In this document: piece after piece, positions 18,787-27,500 of the stretch
How the letters are laid out: every line of letters begins with the position of its first letter
Numbering within the stretch: position 1 is the first letter of the stretch
The notes under the pieces: model-generated
Told to the model about the DNA's origin: nothing
What the model saw: the letters and a program-made list of their open reading frames with translations, nothing else
Database searches by the model: none
Program-made: the position numbers and the translations under genes
Assembly (NCBI GenBank): GCA_046758965.1
Contig: JBHIBG010000010.1
Location: forward strand, 1-56,743
DNA: 56,743 bases
Source of the DNA: Candidatus Methylomirabilia bacterium
Lineage (GTDB): Bacteria > Methylomirabilota > Methylomirabilia > Rokubacteriales > CSP1-6
Direction: 5' to 3'

Positions 18787-19084
18787 GCTGGCGCCGTGCC
18801 GATAACGGTCGCACGACCCACTGCGTGGGTGACCGCCGGGGAACGCCTTCGGCGTTTGATCATCTGGAGGTCGTCGCCGTTCCTTTGCGGGCACCCAGTC
18901 CCGCCGGAGGCGGGCTGGGTCGGTACGCCTCCCCTCGGCCGGGGTCCCCACGAAGCGGAGGCGAGCGGGGTGCGAAACTCCTTCCTGCGTCCTGCACCCA
19001 CCTTCGGTGGGTACCCGGCCCGGTTCTCGGCACGGGGGGTCGGCGTCCTGCCCAAGTTTGCCACGGACGTGCCGAATAAGGAGG
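18787..19084 (+). ncRNA. Unassigned structured leader/ncRNA upstream of nadE
   Basis: Closing stem 18794-18806 / 19023-19035, internal hairpins with CUUCGG loops (18842-18856, 18996-19012), G-U pairs on the + strand. Confidence 0.55.
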
Positions 19085-19133
19085 CTAGGTGGTGGCTGGC
19101 GTCGGGATTACAATGAGCGAGGAGAGGTCTCCC

Positions 19134-20858
19134 ATGCGCTGGCTCAGGATTGGCCTAGCCCAGGTGAACCCCACCGTCGGGGACCTGGAGGGGAACACCC
19201 GCAAGGTCCTGGAGTGGCTCGACAGGGCGCGGAAGGCGGGGTGCGAGCTGGTGGCGTTCCCCGAGCTGGTCCTTACCGGTTACCCTCCCGAGGACCTCCT
19301 CTTCAAGCCTGCCTTCATCGAAGGCAACCTCCGGGCCTTGGATCAAGTCGTCAAAGCTTCCCGCGAGCTCACGGTCATTGTGGGATTTGTGGACAGGCGC
19401 GAGGACATCTTCAACGCGGCCGCCATCCTTCACGATGGGCGACAGGCCGGCGTCTATCGTAAACAGTACCTCCCGAACTACGGCGTCTTCGATGAGAACC
19501 GCTACTTCCAGGCCGGGACGGAGATTCCTGTCTTCAGCCGGGGCGACACGGTCTTCGCGACCAATATCTGCGAGGACATCTGGTACCCCAGAGGTCCCAC
19601 GACAGCTCAGACTCTGGCCGGTGCCGAGCTCGTCGTCACCATCAATGGCTCCCCGTATCACGCGGGGAAGGGCCACTTCCGGGAGAAGATGCTGGCCACC
19701 CGGGCCGCCGACGACCTCGTGTGCCTGGCCTTCGTCAACACGGTCGGGGGTCAGGACGAGCTGGTTTTTGATGGGCAGAGCGTGATCTTCAACGAGAAGG
19801 GCGAATGCCTGGCGAGAGGGAAGGCCTTCGATGAAGATCTGGTGGTGGCCGATCTCGACCTCGGTGCGGTCTTCCGCACGCGCCTGCACGACTCACGCCG
19901 GCGGAAGGAGCTGCTCCGCGGGCCCGACCGCGTCGAGCGGATCGTCCTCTCGCCGCTCCCGCCCCGGGAGAAGCCACCCGTGGCGCAGCGTGAGGTGGTG
20001 CCGCTGGAGCCGCCCGAGGAGATTTACCGTGCCCTCGTGCTGGGCACCCGCGATTACGTCAGGAAGAACGGCTTCAGGCGGGTCGTGGTGGGCCTCTCCG
20101 GGGGGATCGACTCTTCCCTGGTGGCGGCCATCGCCTCTGAAGCCCTCGGACCCGAGAATGTGATCGGCGTGACCATGCCGTCCCCCTACTCTTCGGCGGG
20201 GACCCGGGCGGACGCCAGGCAGCTGGCCAAGAGGCTCGGAGTCGAGCTCCTCACGCTCCCGATCACCCCCGTCTTCAACGCCTTCAAGCGGGCCCTGAGC
20301 AGGCCGTTCAAGGGGCTTAAGGAGGACGCGAGCGAAGAGAACATTCAGGCGAGGATCCGAGGCACGCTGCTCATGGCGCTGTCCAATAAATTCGGCTGGC
20401 TGGTCCTCACCACGGGGAACAAGAGCGAGATCAGCGTGGGTTACTGCACCCTGTACGGCGACATGGCTGGTGGCTTCGCCGTCATCAAGGATGTGCCGAA
20501 GACGCTCGTCTACAGGCTCGCCCGCCATGTGAACTCGCGGGCCGATCGGGCGGTCATCCCCGAATCGGTCTTTGACCGCCCGCCGTCGGCCGAGCTCCGG
20601 CCCGACCAGACCGATCAGGACACCCTCCCGCCCTATTCGGAGCTGGACCGGATCCTCGAGGCCTACGTCGAGGCAGACAGGAGCCTCGGGGAGATCACGG
20701 CTCAGGGCTTCGAGGCCGCCACGGTGAAGAAGGTCATCGGGATGGTGGACCGGAACGAGTACAAGCGCCGCCAGGGTCCCATCGGCATCAAGATCACCCC
20801 GCGCGCTTTCGGCAAGGACTGGCGGCTGCCGATTGTGAACCGCTTCCGCGAGCCGTAG
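19134..20858 (+). CDS. nadE: Glutamine-dependent NAD+ synthetase
   Basis: Nitrilase domain (FPELVLTGYPPEDL, NICEDIW) plus synthetase domain (GLSGGIDS, ENIQARIR, TGNKSE); in-frame alternative starts at 19092 and 19113. Confidence 0.95.
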   Translation: MRWLRIGLAQVNPTVGDLEGNTRKVLEWLDRARKAGCELVAFPELVLTGYPPEDLLFKPAFIEGNLRALDQVVKASRELTVIVGFVDRREDIFNAAAILHDGRQAGVYRKQYLPNYGVFDENRYFQAGTEIPVFSRGDTVFATNICEDIWYPRGPTTAQTLAGAELVVTINGSPYHAGKGHFREKMLATRAADDLVCLAFVNTVGGQDELVFDGQSVIFNEKGECLARGKAFDEDLVVADLDLGAVFRTRLHDSRRRKELLRGPDRVERIVLSPLPPREKPPVAQREVVPLEPPEEIYRALVLGTRDYVRKNGFRRVVVGLSGGIDSSLVAAIASEALGPENVIGVTMPSPYSSAGTRADARQLAKRLGVELLTLPITPVFNAFKRALSRPFKGLKEDASEENIQARIRGTLLMALSNKFGWLVLTTGNKSEISVGYCTLYGDMAGGFAVIKDVPKTLVYRLARHVNSRADRAVIPESVFDRPPSAELRPDQTDQDTLPPYSELDRILEAYVEADRSLGEITAQGFEAATVKKVIGMVDRNEYKRRQGPIGIKITPRAFGKDWRLPIVNRFREP

Positions 20859-20896
20859 AACGCATGCAGGGCGGCTCGATCGGTCAAAAGAGGAGG

Positions 20897-21202
20897 ATGT
20901 TTGGAGGCCGACTCAGAACGGTTACCGTCGTGGGGATGCTGCTGTTCGTCGTGGTCGGATGTGGGGAGGGCGAAAACCCTGTTCAACAATACGCGGGAAA
21001 GCTCATCAGCGCTCCCGGGCAGGCGGGGAGGGCCCAGGCTCAAGTTAACATGCAGCTGCTGAGGACAGCGATTCAGCAGTATCGAATAGAAAGGGGACGC
21101 TTCCCTGCCAGCCTTACCGACCTTCCCGTCGTGCAGAACCAGCGCATCGATCCCACCCTGTACGTCTATGACTCTACCACCGGGGACGTCCGCCTTCGGT
21201 AG
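20897..21202 (+). CDS. Small putative lipoprotein with pseudopilin/GspG-like C-terminus
   Basis: Hydrophobic stretch ending VVGC (lipobox-like); LRTAIQQYRIERGRFPASLTDL resembles the pseudopilin core. Confidence 0.55.
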   Translation: MFGGRLRTVTVVGMLLFVVVGCGEGENPVQQYAGKLISAPGQAGRAQAQVNMQLLRTAIQQYRIERGRFPASLTDLPVVQNQRIDPTLYVYDSTTGDVRLR

Positions 21203-21537
21203 CTGGGCCCCACATGCTCTCGGGTGACCCACGCTGCCCGCGTCGCGGCGGTCCAAGTTCTTGGGTTAAAGCTTCTGCAGCGCTGGTATCAGCTCGGCCT
21301 CGAACGGGCGCGTGTTTCGTCTCGTAACACCGCTTTCCCGTGCCCCACGCCCGGAGGGTCAGAGGGCATCACCGCACAAGATCGGTCGGCGTCGGGGATC
21401 ATTGTGCTTGACAATCAATCGATCATTCCGCTCTACTTACCTCGATGGTGGGGAGGAGATTCCTGTAACCCGACTGGGTTCATCATGCAGGCGGCGCTTG
21501 CATGGTAGGCCGAGACGTTTCACTGAGGAGCGGGACA

Positions 21538-22263
21538 ATGAGTCCGGAATTAGAGGAGTTGCATCGCGTCACCGAGTCGATGCGCCAGCCGATCCGGCAA
21601 TATGCTGAGCAGGTGCGGGCGTTGGCGGGCGAAAATGCATTGGCGCTCACGCTCTTTGGGGCGATTGCCGCCGGCTCGTTCGATAAGAGCCGGCACACGG
21701 TGCGTAACGTGCTGGTCCTTCAGTCAGTTGACCTGGAGATGCTACGTCGGCTCGCTAAAGATGGTGCGAAGCTCGGGAAGGCGCGGATCTCGGCGCCTTT
21801 GATCATGACACCGGCCTACATCTCGGCCTCGCTGGACACCTTCCCTCTGGAACTGATCGAGATCCATCAGTGCCACATCACCCTCTTCGGGCAGGATCAG
21901 TTCGAGGCTCTCTCGTTCAACGATGCGCATGTCCGGCTTCAATGCGAACGGGAACTCAAGAGCATCTTGATCGGGATGCGCCAGGGATTGCTGTCCGCGG
22001 CGGGGCGGGAGAAACTCATCGGCGCGATGGAGGCCGACGTCGCTGAACGCCTCGTCCGAACGCTTCGCGGTCTGATCTGGCTGAAGGGCGAGAAAGAGGC
22101 GAAGCCGTCGGCCCAGCTGATTCCCGCGGTCGAAAAGATTATCGGGCGAACCTTGCCTGGTGTACGAGAAGCGCTCCGGGTAGTGGGCCCTCATGGGTGG
22201 GAGGAGTTCCGAACCCTTTACGAGGATGTCGAGGCGGTGGGGAAAATCGTAGATGCCTGGTAG
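21538..22263 (+). CDS. Nucleotidyltransferase-fold protein, degenerate, associated with TPM/LemA
   Basis: LTLFGAIAAG, PLIMT..SLDTFPLELIEI, RLQCERELK; GAGGAG RBS. Confidence 0.65.
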   Translation: MSPELEELHRVTESMRQPIRQYAEQVRALAGENALALTLFGAIAAGSFDKSRHTVRNVLVLQSVDLEMLRRLAKDGAKLGKARISAPLIMTPAYISASLDTFPLELIEIHQCHITLFGQDQFEALSFNDAHVRLQCERELKSILIGMRQGLLSAAGREKLIGAMEADVAERLVRTLRGLIWLKGEKEAKPSAQLIPAVEKIIGRTLPGVREALRVVGPHGWEEFRTLYEDVEAVGKIVDAW

Positions 22264-23083
22264 AGTGAGACTCTTTCCATCGCTTTGGGCGGCGGTGGTC
22301 GTGCTGGGGGCGCTTTCGTGTGCGGCAAGTGCGGAGGTCACCGTCCGGGATCCGGGAAAGTTCGTGGTGGATACTGCCGGGATCATTGACGAGGGCGTTG
22401 AGCGGCGCCTGGAGGGGTGGCTTCGAGAGCTGGAGCAGCGGACAACCGCTCAAGTCAAGGTGCTGACGGTCGAGACGACAGAGGGTGAGGATTTCTTCGG
22501 CTTCGTTCAGCGGCACGCCGAGCAGTGGAAGCTCGGCCAGAAAGGGAAGGATAACGGTGCTCTGATTGCTTTGGCGGTCAAGGAGCGTCAGGTCCGTATC
22601 CAGACGGGCTATGGACTCGAGGGCGTGCTGCCGGATTCTTGGATAGGATCGGCCTCGCGTGACGTGGTGAGCCGATACTTTAGGGAAGGAGAGTACTCGG
22701 AAGGGCTCTCCCGGCTGACCATAGTCGTGGCCAACAAGGTCGCGGATGCTGAGAACGTGCGACTTAGCGGTATCCCGAATTACCGGTACCGGGTGGCCCG
22801 CCGAGGCTCGCGGGTGCCTTTTTTGGGAACCGGGCTGCTCCCCTTTCTGCTGCTGTTTTTCCTCCTCTCCTCCATGAGCCGGAGACGCCGCTATCGCACT
22901 GCGTGGGGCGGCGGTGGAATGCTCGGTGCTCTCCTGTTGGGCGGCATGCTCGGTGGCATGGTGGGCGGAGGGCGGTCTGCCTGGGGTGGTGGCCTTGGTG
23001 GTAGCTTTGGAGGGGGGTTCGGTGGCGGATCGTTTGGGGGAGGCGGAGGCTTCGGAGGAGGCGGAGGCGGTGCCAGCTGGTGA
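22253..23083 (+). CDS. TPM domain protein (YgcG-like) with Gly-rich tail
   Basis: VVDTAGII, WKLGQKGKDNGAL, RIQTGYGLEGVLPD, C-terminal GGGGFGGGGGGASW. Confidence 0.9.
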   Translation: MPGRVRLFPSLWAAVVVLGALSCAASAEVTVRDPGKFVVDTAGIIDEGVERRLEGWLRELEQRTTAQVKVLTVETTEGEDFFGFVQRHAEQWKLGQKGKDNGALIALAVKERQVRIQTGYGLEGVLPDSWIGSASRDVVSRYFREGEYSEGLSRLTIVVANKVADAENVRLSGIPNYRYRVARRGSRVPFLGTGLLPFLLLFFLLSSMSRRRRYRTAWGGGGMLGALLLGGMLGGMVGGGRSAWGGGLGGSFGGGFGGGSFGGGGGFGGGGGGASW

Positions 23084-23164
23084 CCGCCATGGATGGCACC
23101 CAAGCTGGGTCGGCGGGTGATTAGACGTCGCGTGCAGCGGCACGATGCACTGGGGGGGATGTGA

Positions 23165-23737
23165 ATGAAGGCAAGTCGAGTTATTCTGATCGTTCTCGGG
23201 GCGATCGTCGTCACGTTCTTGTTAGCCGGGAGTTACGTCTACTCTGGATATAACCGGGCTGTGACGATCGACGAGGAGGTCAAAAGCCGATGGGCCCAGG
23301 TCGAAAACCAGTTGCAACGACGGTTTGAACTGATCCCGAACCTGGTGGAAACGGTCAAGGGGATCGCCGCGCAGGAGGAGAAGATCTTCCTGGGCGTCGC
23401 GGAGGCGCGTAAGGCGTATTTCCAGGCGGGCACCGTCAGGGAGAAGGTGCGCGCGGCCGGTACGTTCGAATCCGCGCTATCGCGTTTGCTGGTCCTCCGT
23501 GAGGCGTATCCGGCATTGAGATCGAATGAGTCCTTCCTCAAGCTCCAGGACCAGCTTGAGGGCACTGAGAACCGACTGGCGGTTGAACGGAAGCGGTACA
23601 ACGATGCGGTCAGGCAGCTCAATACGTTCACTCGAACGCTGACGGGGCGATTGTACGCGGGGCTCGCTGGGGTGGGGCCGGCCGAGTACTTTGAGATCGA
23701 GGAAGCGGCGCGGGCGACTCCGAAGGTGAAGTTCTAA
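23165..23737 (+). CDS. lemA: LemA family protein
   Basis: [45 protein letters not shown]. Confidence 0.93.
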   Translation: MKASRVILIVLGAIVVTFLLAGSYVYSGYNRAVTIDEEVKSRWAQVENQLQRRFELIPNLVETVKGIAAQEEKIFLGVAEARKAYFQAGTVREKVRAAGTFESALSRLLVLREAYPALRSNESFLKLQDQLEGTENRLAVERKRYNDAVRQLNTFTRTLTGRLYAGLAGVGPAEYFEIEEAARATPKVKF

Positions 23738-23824
23738 GGGAGCGCGGTGCAGGTTGCCTTCGGGGCAATCGGAGGACGTCGGCCTAAGGGAGAGCCGGGA
23801 TTCGCAAGATATGTGGGGTGAGTG

Positions 23825-24418
23825 ATGAAGCGCTGTTTGCTCCACGGGATCGGGGTGACGGTCGGCTTCCTCATCTTCGCGGCGGGGCCAGCTCCGGGCG
23901 AACCGAGCGGCCACAAAGCCGCAGGAGATAGGCCCAAGGTGGTTCTTTCGACGACGCTCGGGGAGATCACAGTCGAGCTTTATTCCGAGAAGGCTCCAGT
24001 AACTGTTGAAAACTTTGTCGCATACGTGGATGCCGGATTCTATGACGGGACGATATTCCACCGCATCGTCCCCGGATTCGTGATTCAAGGGGGTGGCTTG
24101 ACTGCAGAGATGGATCGGAAGCCAACCCGTGCCGCCATCAGGAATGAGGCGGACAACGGTCTGAAGAACGCGCGTGGGACTCTTGCCATGGCACGCGCAC
24201 AGGCGATTAACAGTGCGACCTCGCAGTTCTTCATCAGTCTGAAAGACAATCCGTTCCTGGACCACAGCGAGCGAAGCTTCGGCTACGCTGTCTTCGGAAG
24301 GGTGATCGGGGGGATGGAGGTGGTGGACAGGATCTCGACTGTCCCGACGCACGGCCGTGGCGGGTACGAAAATGTGCCTGTCGAGCCGGTTGTCATTCGA
24401 TCGGCGCGTCGGAAGTGA
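23825..24418 (+). CDS. ppiA: Cyclophilin-type peptidyl-prolyl cis-trans isomerase with signal peptide
   Basis: APVTVENF, FYDGTIFHRIVPGFVIQGGG, SATSQFFI, GYAVFGRV. Confidence 0.9.
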   Translation: MKRCLLHGIGVTVGFLIFAAGPAPGEPSGHKAAGDRPKVVLSTTLGEITVELYSEKAPVTVENFVAYVDAGFYDGTIFHRIVPGFVIQGGGLTAEMDRKPTRAAIRNEADNGLKNARGTLAMARAQAINSATSQFFISLKDNPFLDHSERSFGYAVFGRVIGGMEVVDRISTVPTHGRGGYENVPVEPVVIRSARRK

Positions 24419-24476
24419 TCCGTGCCCGTCGGCTGAACCGCGCGTTTGTTCTTCCCCTATCGCGTAAGAGTCAAAG

Positions 24477-24493
24477 TTGGAACGATTCTTGCA
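24477..24493 (+). promoter_or_regulatory. Sigma54-type (-24/-12) promoter
   Basis: TTGGAACGATTCTTGCA has GG-N10-GC spacing and one mismatch to TGGCACG-N4-TTGCA; it ends about 86 nt upstream of ATG 24580. Confidence 0.65.
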
Positions 24494-24579
24494 ATACTTA
24501 CCAGCAAGGCTTCCCGCTCTGCCGTCTATTTATGCGAGAACCTTAACTCGAGGACCACCCCGAATCACGGGTTGACCGG

Positions 24580-27500
24580 ATGGCATACGAAGAGTTCACG
24601 AGTTTCCTGCAACACGTCGGCAAAGATCCCTCCCGCCTCATTTTTGAGGACGAGCTTACCGGCATCCACAATCGCCGCTTCCTCCTCAACTACTTTGAAT
24701 GCAAAGTCCCGTGGGATTCCCTGGATGACTGTCCGGTGTCGGTGATTATGGTGGACGTCGATCACTTCAAGCGCATCAACGACACGCATGGCCATCACAT
24801 AGGCGATCAGGCCCTGATCTGGGTTGCTGGCCTGCTCAAGGAGGTAGCGGCTGAGCAGGCCCTCGCCATCCGCTATGCCGGTGACGAGTTCGTACTTCTT
24901 CTGCCGCGCGCAGATAAGCATCGGGCGCTCCGAGTGGGAGAGTCCCTGCTCCACCGCATCCGCCGCGAACCCTTCCGCTTGGATGACGGGAGCTTGGACC
25001 TGCACATCACCCTGAGCATGGGGATTGCTACAGCCCCCGACGATGCTAGAACTGGCAAGAGCCTACTCCAAAAGGCTGATACCGCACTCTATTACGCTAA
25101 GCACTCAGGGCGCGACGGCCTTGCGAACGCCCAGGAAATGAACCTCCAGAAGGTATGGGCTAAAGCAGTCCTGCACCAACTGGAGGAAGCCGAGATCGCG
25201 GGCCGTGCGTCACAACTAGCCCGGGTGGAAGAAAGCTTCCAGAAATTCAGCGAGGGCGAGAATCAGTTTCTCATCGTCCAGGGCACCGCTGGAATGGGGA
25301 AAAGCAGGTTCTTGGAAAGGGTCCGCCGCAACCTCGCCCGGACCGAGAGGTCGATAGTCAAGGTCAATGGCGTTCAAGAGGAGGGGTTTCGTCCCTATGC
25401 CTTGATGACCCACATTCTGGTTGCGCTGCTGAACCAAAGAGAGGACAAGGGGGCCGGGGCCTTCGAGAGTCTGGACCGTGAAGAAATCAGCTATCTCGCC
25501 AGGATCCTGCCTCAGCTCAGAGAAGCGGGAGAAGCGGATGTCGGGGAGAATGAAAGAGCGGAGCGCGAACGTCTCTTTACCACCCTCGTGCATTTCATTC
25601 GAAAGATCGTGGATTCCGGTCCGCTGATCGTGCTCATCGACGACCTACATCTTGCCGACGAGGCGACGCTACTTCTGTTTCGCGTGCTGATGATGCGCTC
25701 CGAGATCGCACTGTTTGTCTGCGGAACGTCGGCGGATACTACGCTGGCAGGAGTGGAAGAGCAGCCGGTTCCCCTCGAACAGTTTTACTCGGCCGAGCGT
25801 GAGCGCCTGAACATCAGGAAGATAGATCTCACGCCGCTGACAGCCGCTGACATCGCGACCTACCTTCGCGAGATCTTCCCCCGAGTTAGGTTGCCTAGGG
25901 ATGTTGCGAAAGATCTGGCGGAAATCAGCCAGGGCAACCCAATGTTTCTGGGCGGGATTCTCCGCAAGTTGGTGTCGGACCAGAAAGTCGCGCTGGTGGG
26001 ACAGCAATGGGTGATGGAGCCGCTGGAGGAAGGGTATCTCCCGGAATCCTTGGAGGAGATTGTCAGCGAGAAGATAGCCGCTCTCGATGAGGAGAGCCGT
26101 CAATTGCTTGCGGAAGCCTCCACGCTAGGCGAGGATGTGTCTTTGAGCTTTCTGACTGGAAGTTTTGAGAGAATGGAGGCGAAGGTCCTGGAATTCGTCG
26201 ATAAGGCTGTGGCCCAGGGCCTGCTGAGTTCGAAGTTTGAGTTAAATGATGAGACAATACGGTTTCTTGGCAGGCGCATTCAGGAAATTGCGTACGGCGG
26301 CATCGAACACGATCGCAGGCGCGAGCTCCACGAGCGCATTGGGAAGTACCAGGAGACGCTCTATGAGCAGCGCCTGTTGCCTTCAGCCGCCACGCTGGCG
26401 TATCACTTCAAGCGCTCCGCTGATCAGGAAAAAGCCCGAAAGTACGCGCAGGTCCAGGCTGTCTACAACCAGCGGGTGTTTAACGCTCGGGAGGCGACTT
26501 CCTATTCAGGGGAGAAACCGAGTGAGGGTGCCTCTCCGGATATTCCGCTTGATGCGGCTAGCCTAGCGGATATTCCCACCGTAATCCGCCTGCTCCTGGC
26601 TGCTGTGCGGAGCATCAGGCTGTATCCTGCCGAGAGCAAAACTGTTGTCAGCGCGATGCTCCAGGTGAAGGAGGGGATCAGCCAGATCCTGGCACGGAAC
26701 GATTGTCTGAATCTCGTCCAGACGAAGGGCGGTCTGGTCGTAAATGGCCAGAGGGTGGAGGTGGCCGAATTCAGGTCGATTGCGGAAGCCTTTGTCGACC
26801 TCCTGAGCCGCATCGAGCTGGAGGGCATCGCTGTTCATAGAGGCGTCAGCGATCGGGAGTTGGGGCGTGTGCTGGAGACTCTGGGCGGGGTGAGGCGGAA
26901 GGAGATCGATCGGCGATTCTGGCAGCGCTTCTGTTCCGAACAGGGGCTGCTTCATATCAGGCTCACGCAGGTACGTTACACCGAACGGGCCGGCCCCACG
27001 GGAGTCTCCGCCACATTGCTTTCCGCTAGCGAAAAGCTGGACCAGGAGGACTTGCCCTGGATTCATGAAATCATCCGGTGGCTACTCAGTGCCGCCAGCA
27101 ATGCCAGACTTTACCCGTCGACGAGCAAAGCCGTATCCAGGTCTATCGAGGAGTTCGTAGAGGCCGTGCACAAAGGGGTAACCAGACGGCCGATGCTCAC
27201 TTTGGCGCGGGTCGGCAGCTCTCTGCTGGTTAACGGAGAGACGGTAGATACCTCCGAGTTTAAGGCGTTGGCCGATAGTTTCGTAGAGTTTCTTCAATCT
27301 ATCGGGCTGAGCAGCCTCACCTTTTTGGAGCACGCCTCGGCGCGTGAGCTGCAGACGTTTGTTGAGGCGCTGAAGGGGCTCCCGGCCGCCGGGGTGGGCA
27401 GCGAGTTCTGGCAACGTTTTTCGGAGGACCGGGAGCTGTCAGGCATTCTTTTCGACCATCGTCTCTATGAGGTTCGGGGGAGGGCGGCCGTGAAGGATTC

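Noticed and set aside
18735..19116. ORFs 18502..19116 (+) and the long version of 18552..19064 (-)
   Set aside because: Only the last 60 codons of the minus ORF look protein-like; the rest crosses the hairpin-rich element
21374..21504. Hairpin GCACAAGATC..GATCATTGTGC, a TTGACA, and palindrome CATGCAGGCGGCGCTTGCATG upstream of the NTase-like gene
   Set aside because: No properly spaced -10 element and no recognisable riboswitch or operator consensus
22900..23080. GGN-rich repetitive tract
   Set aside because: It encodes the usual Gly-rich tail of TPM proteins and is not a DNA repeat array
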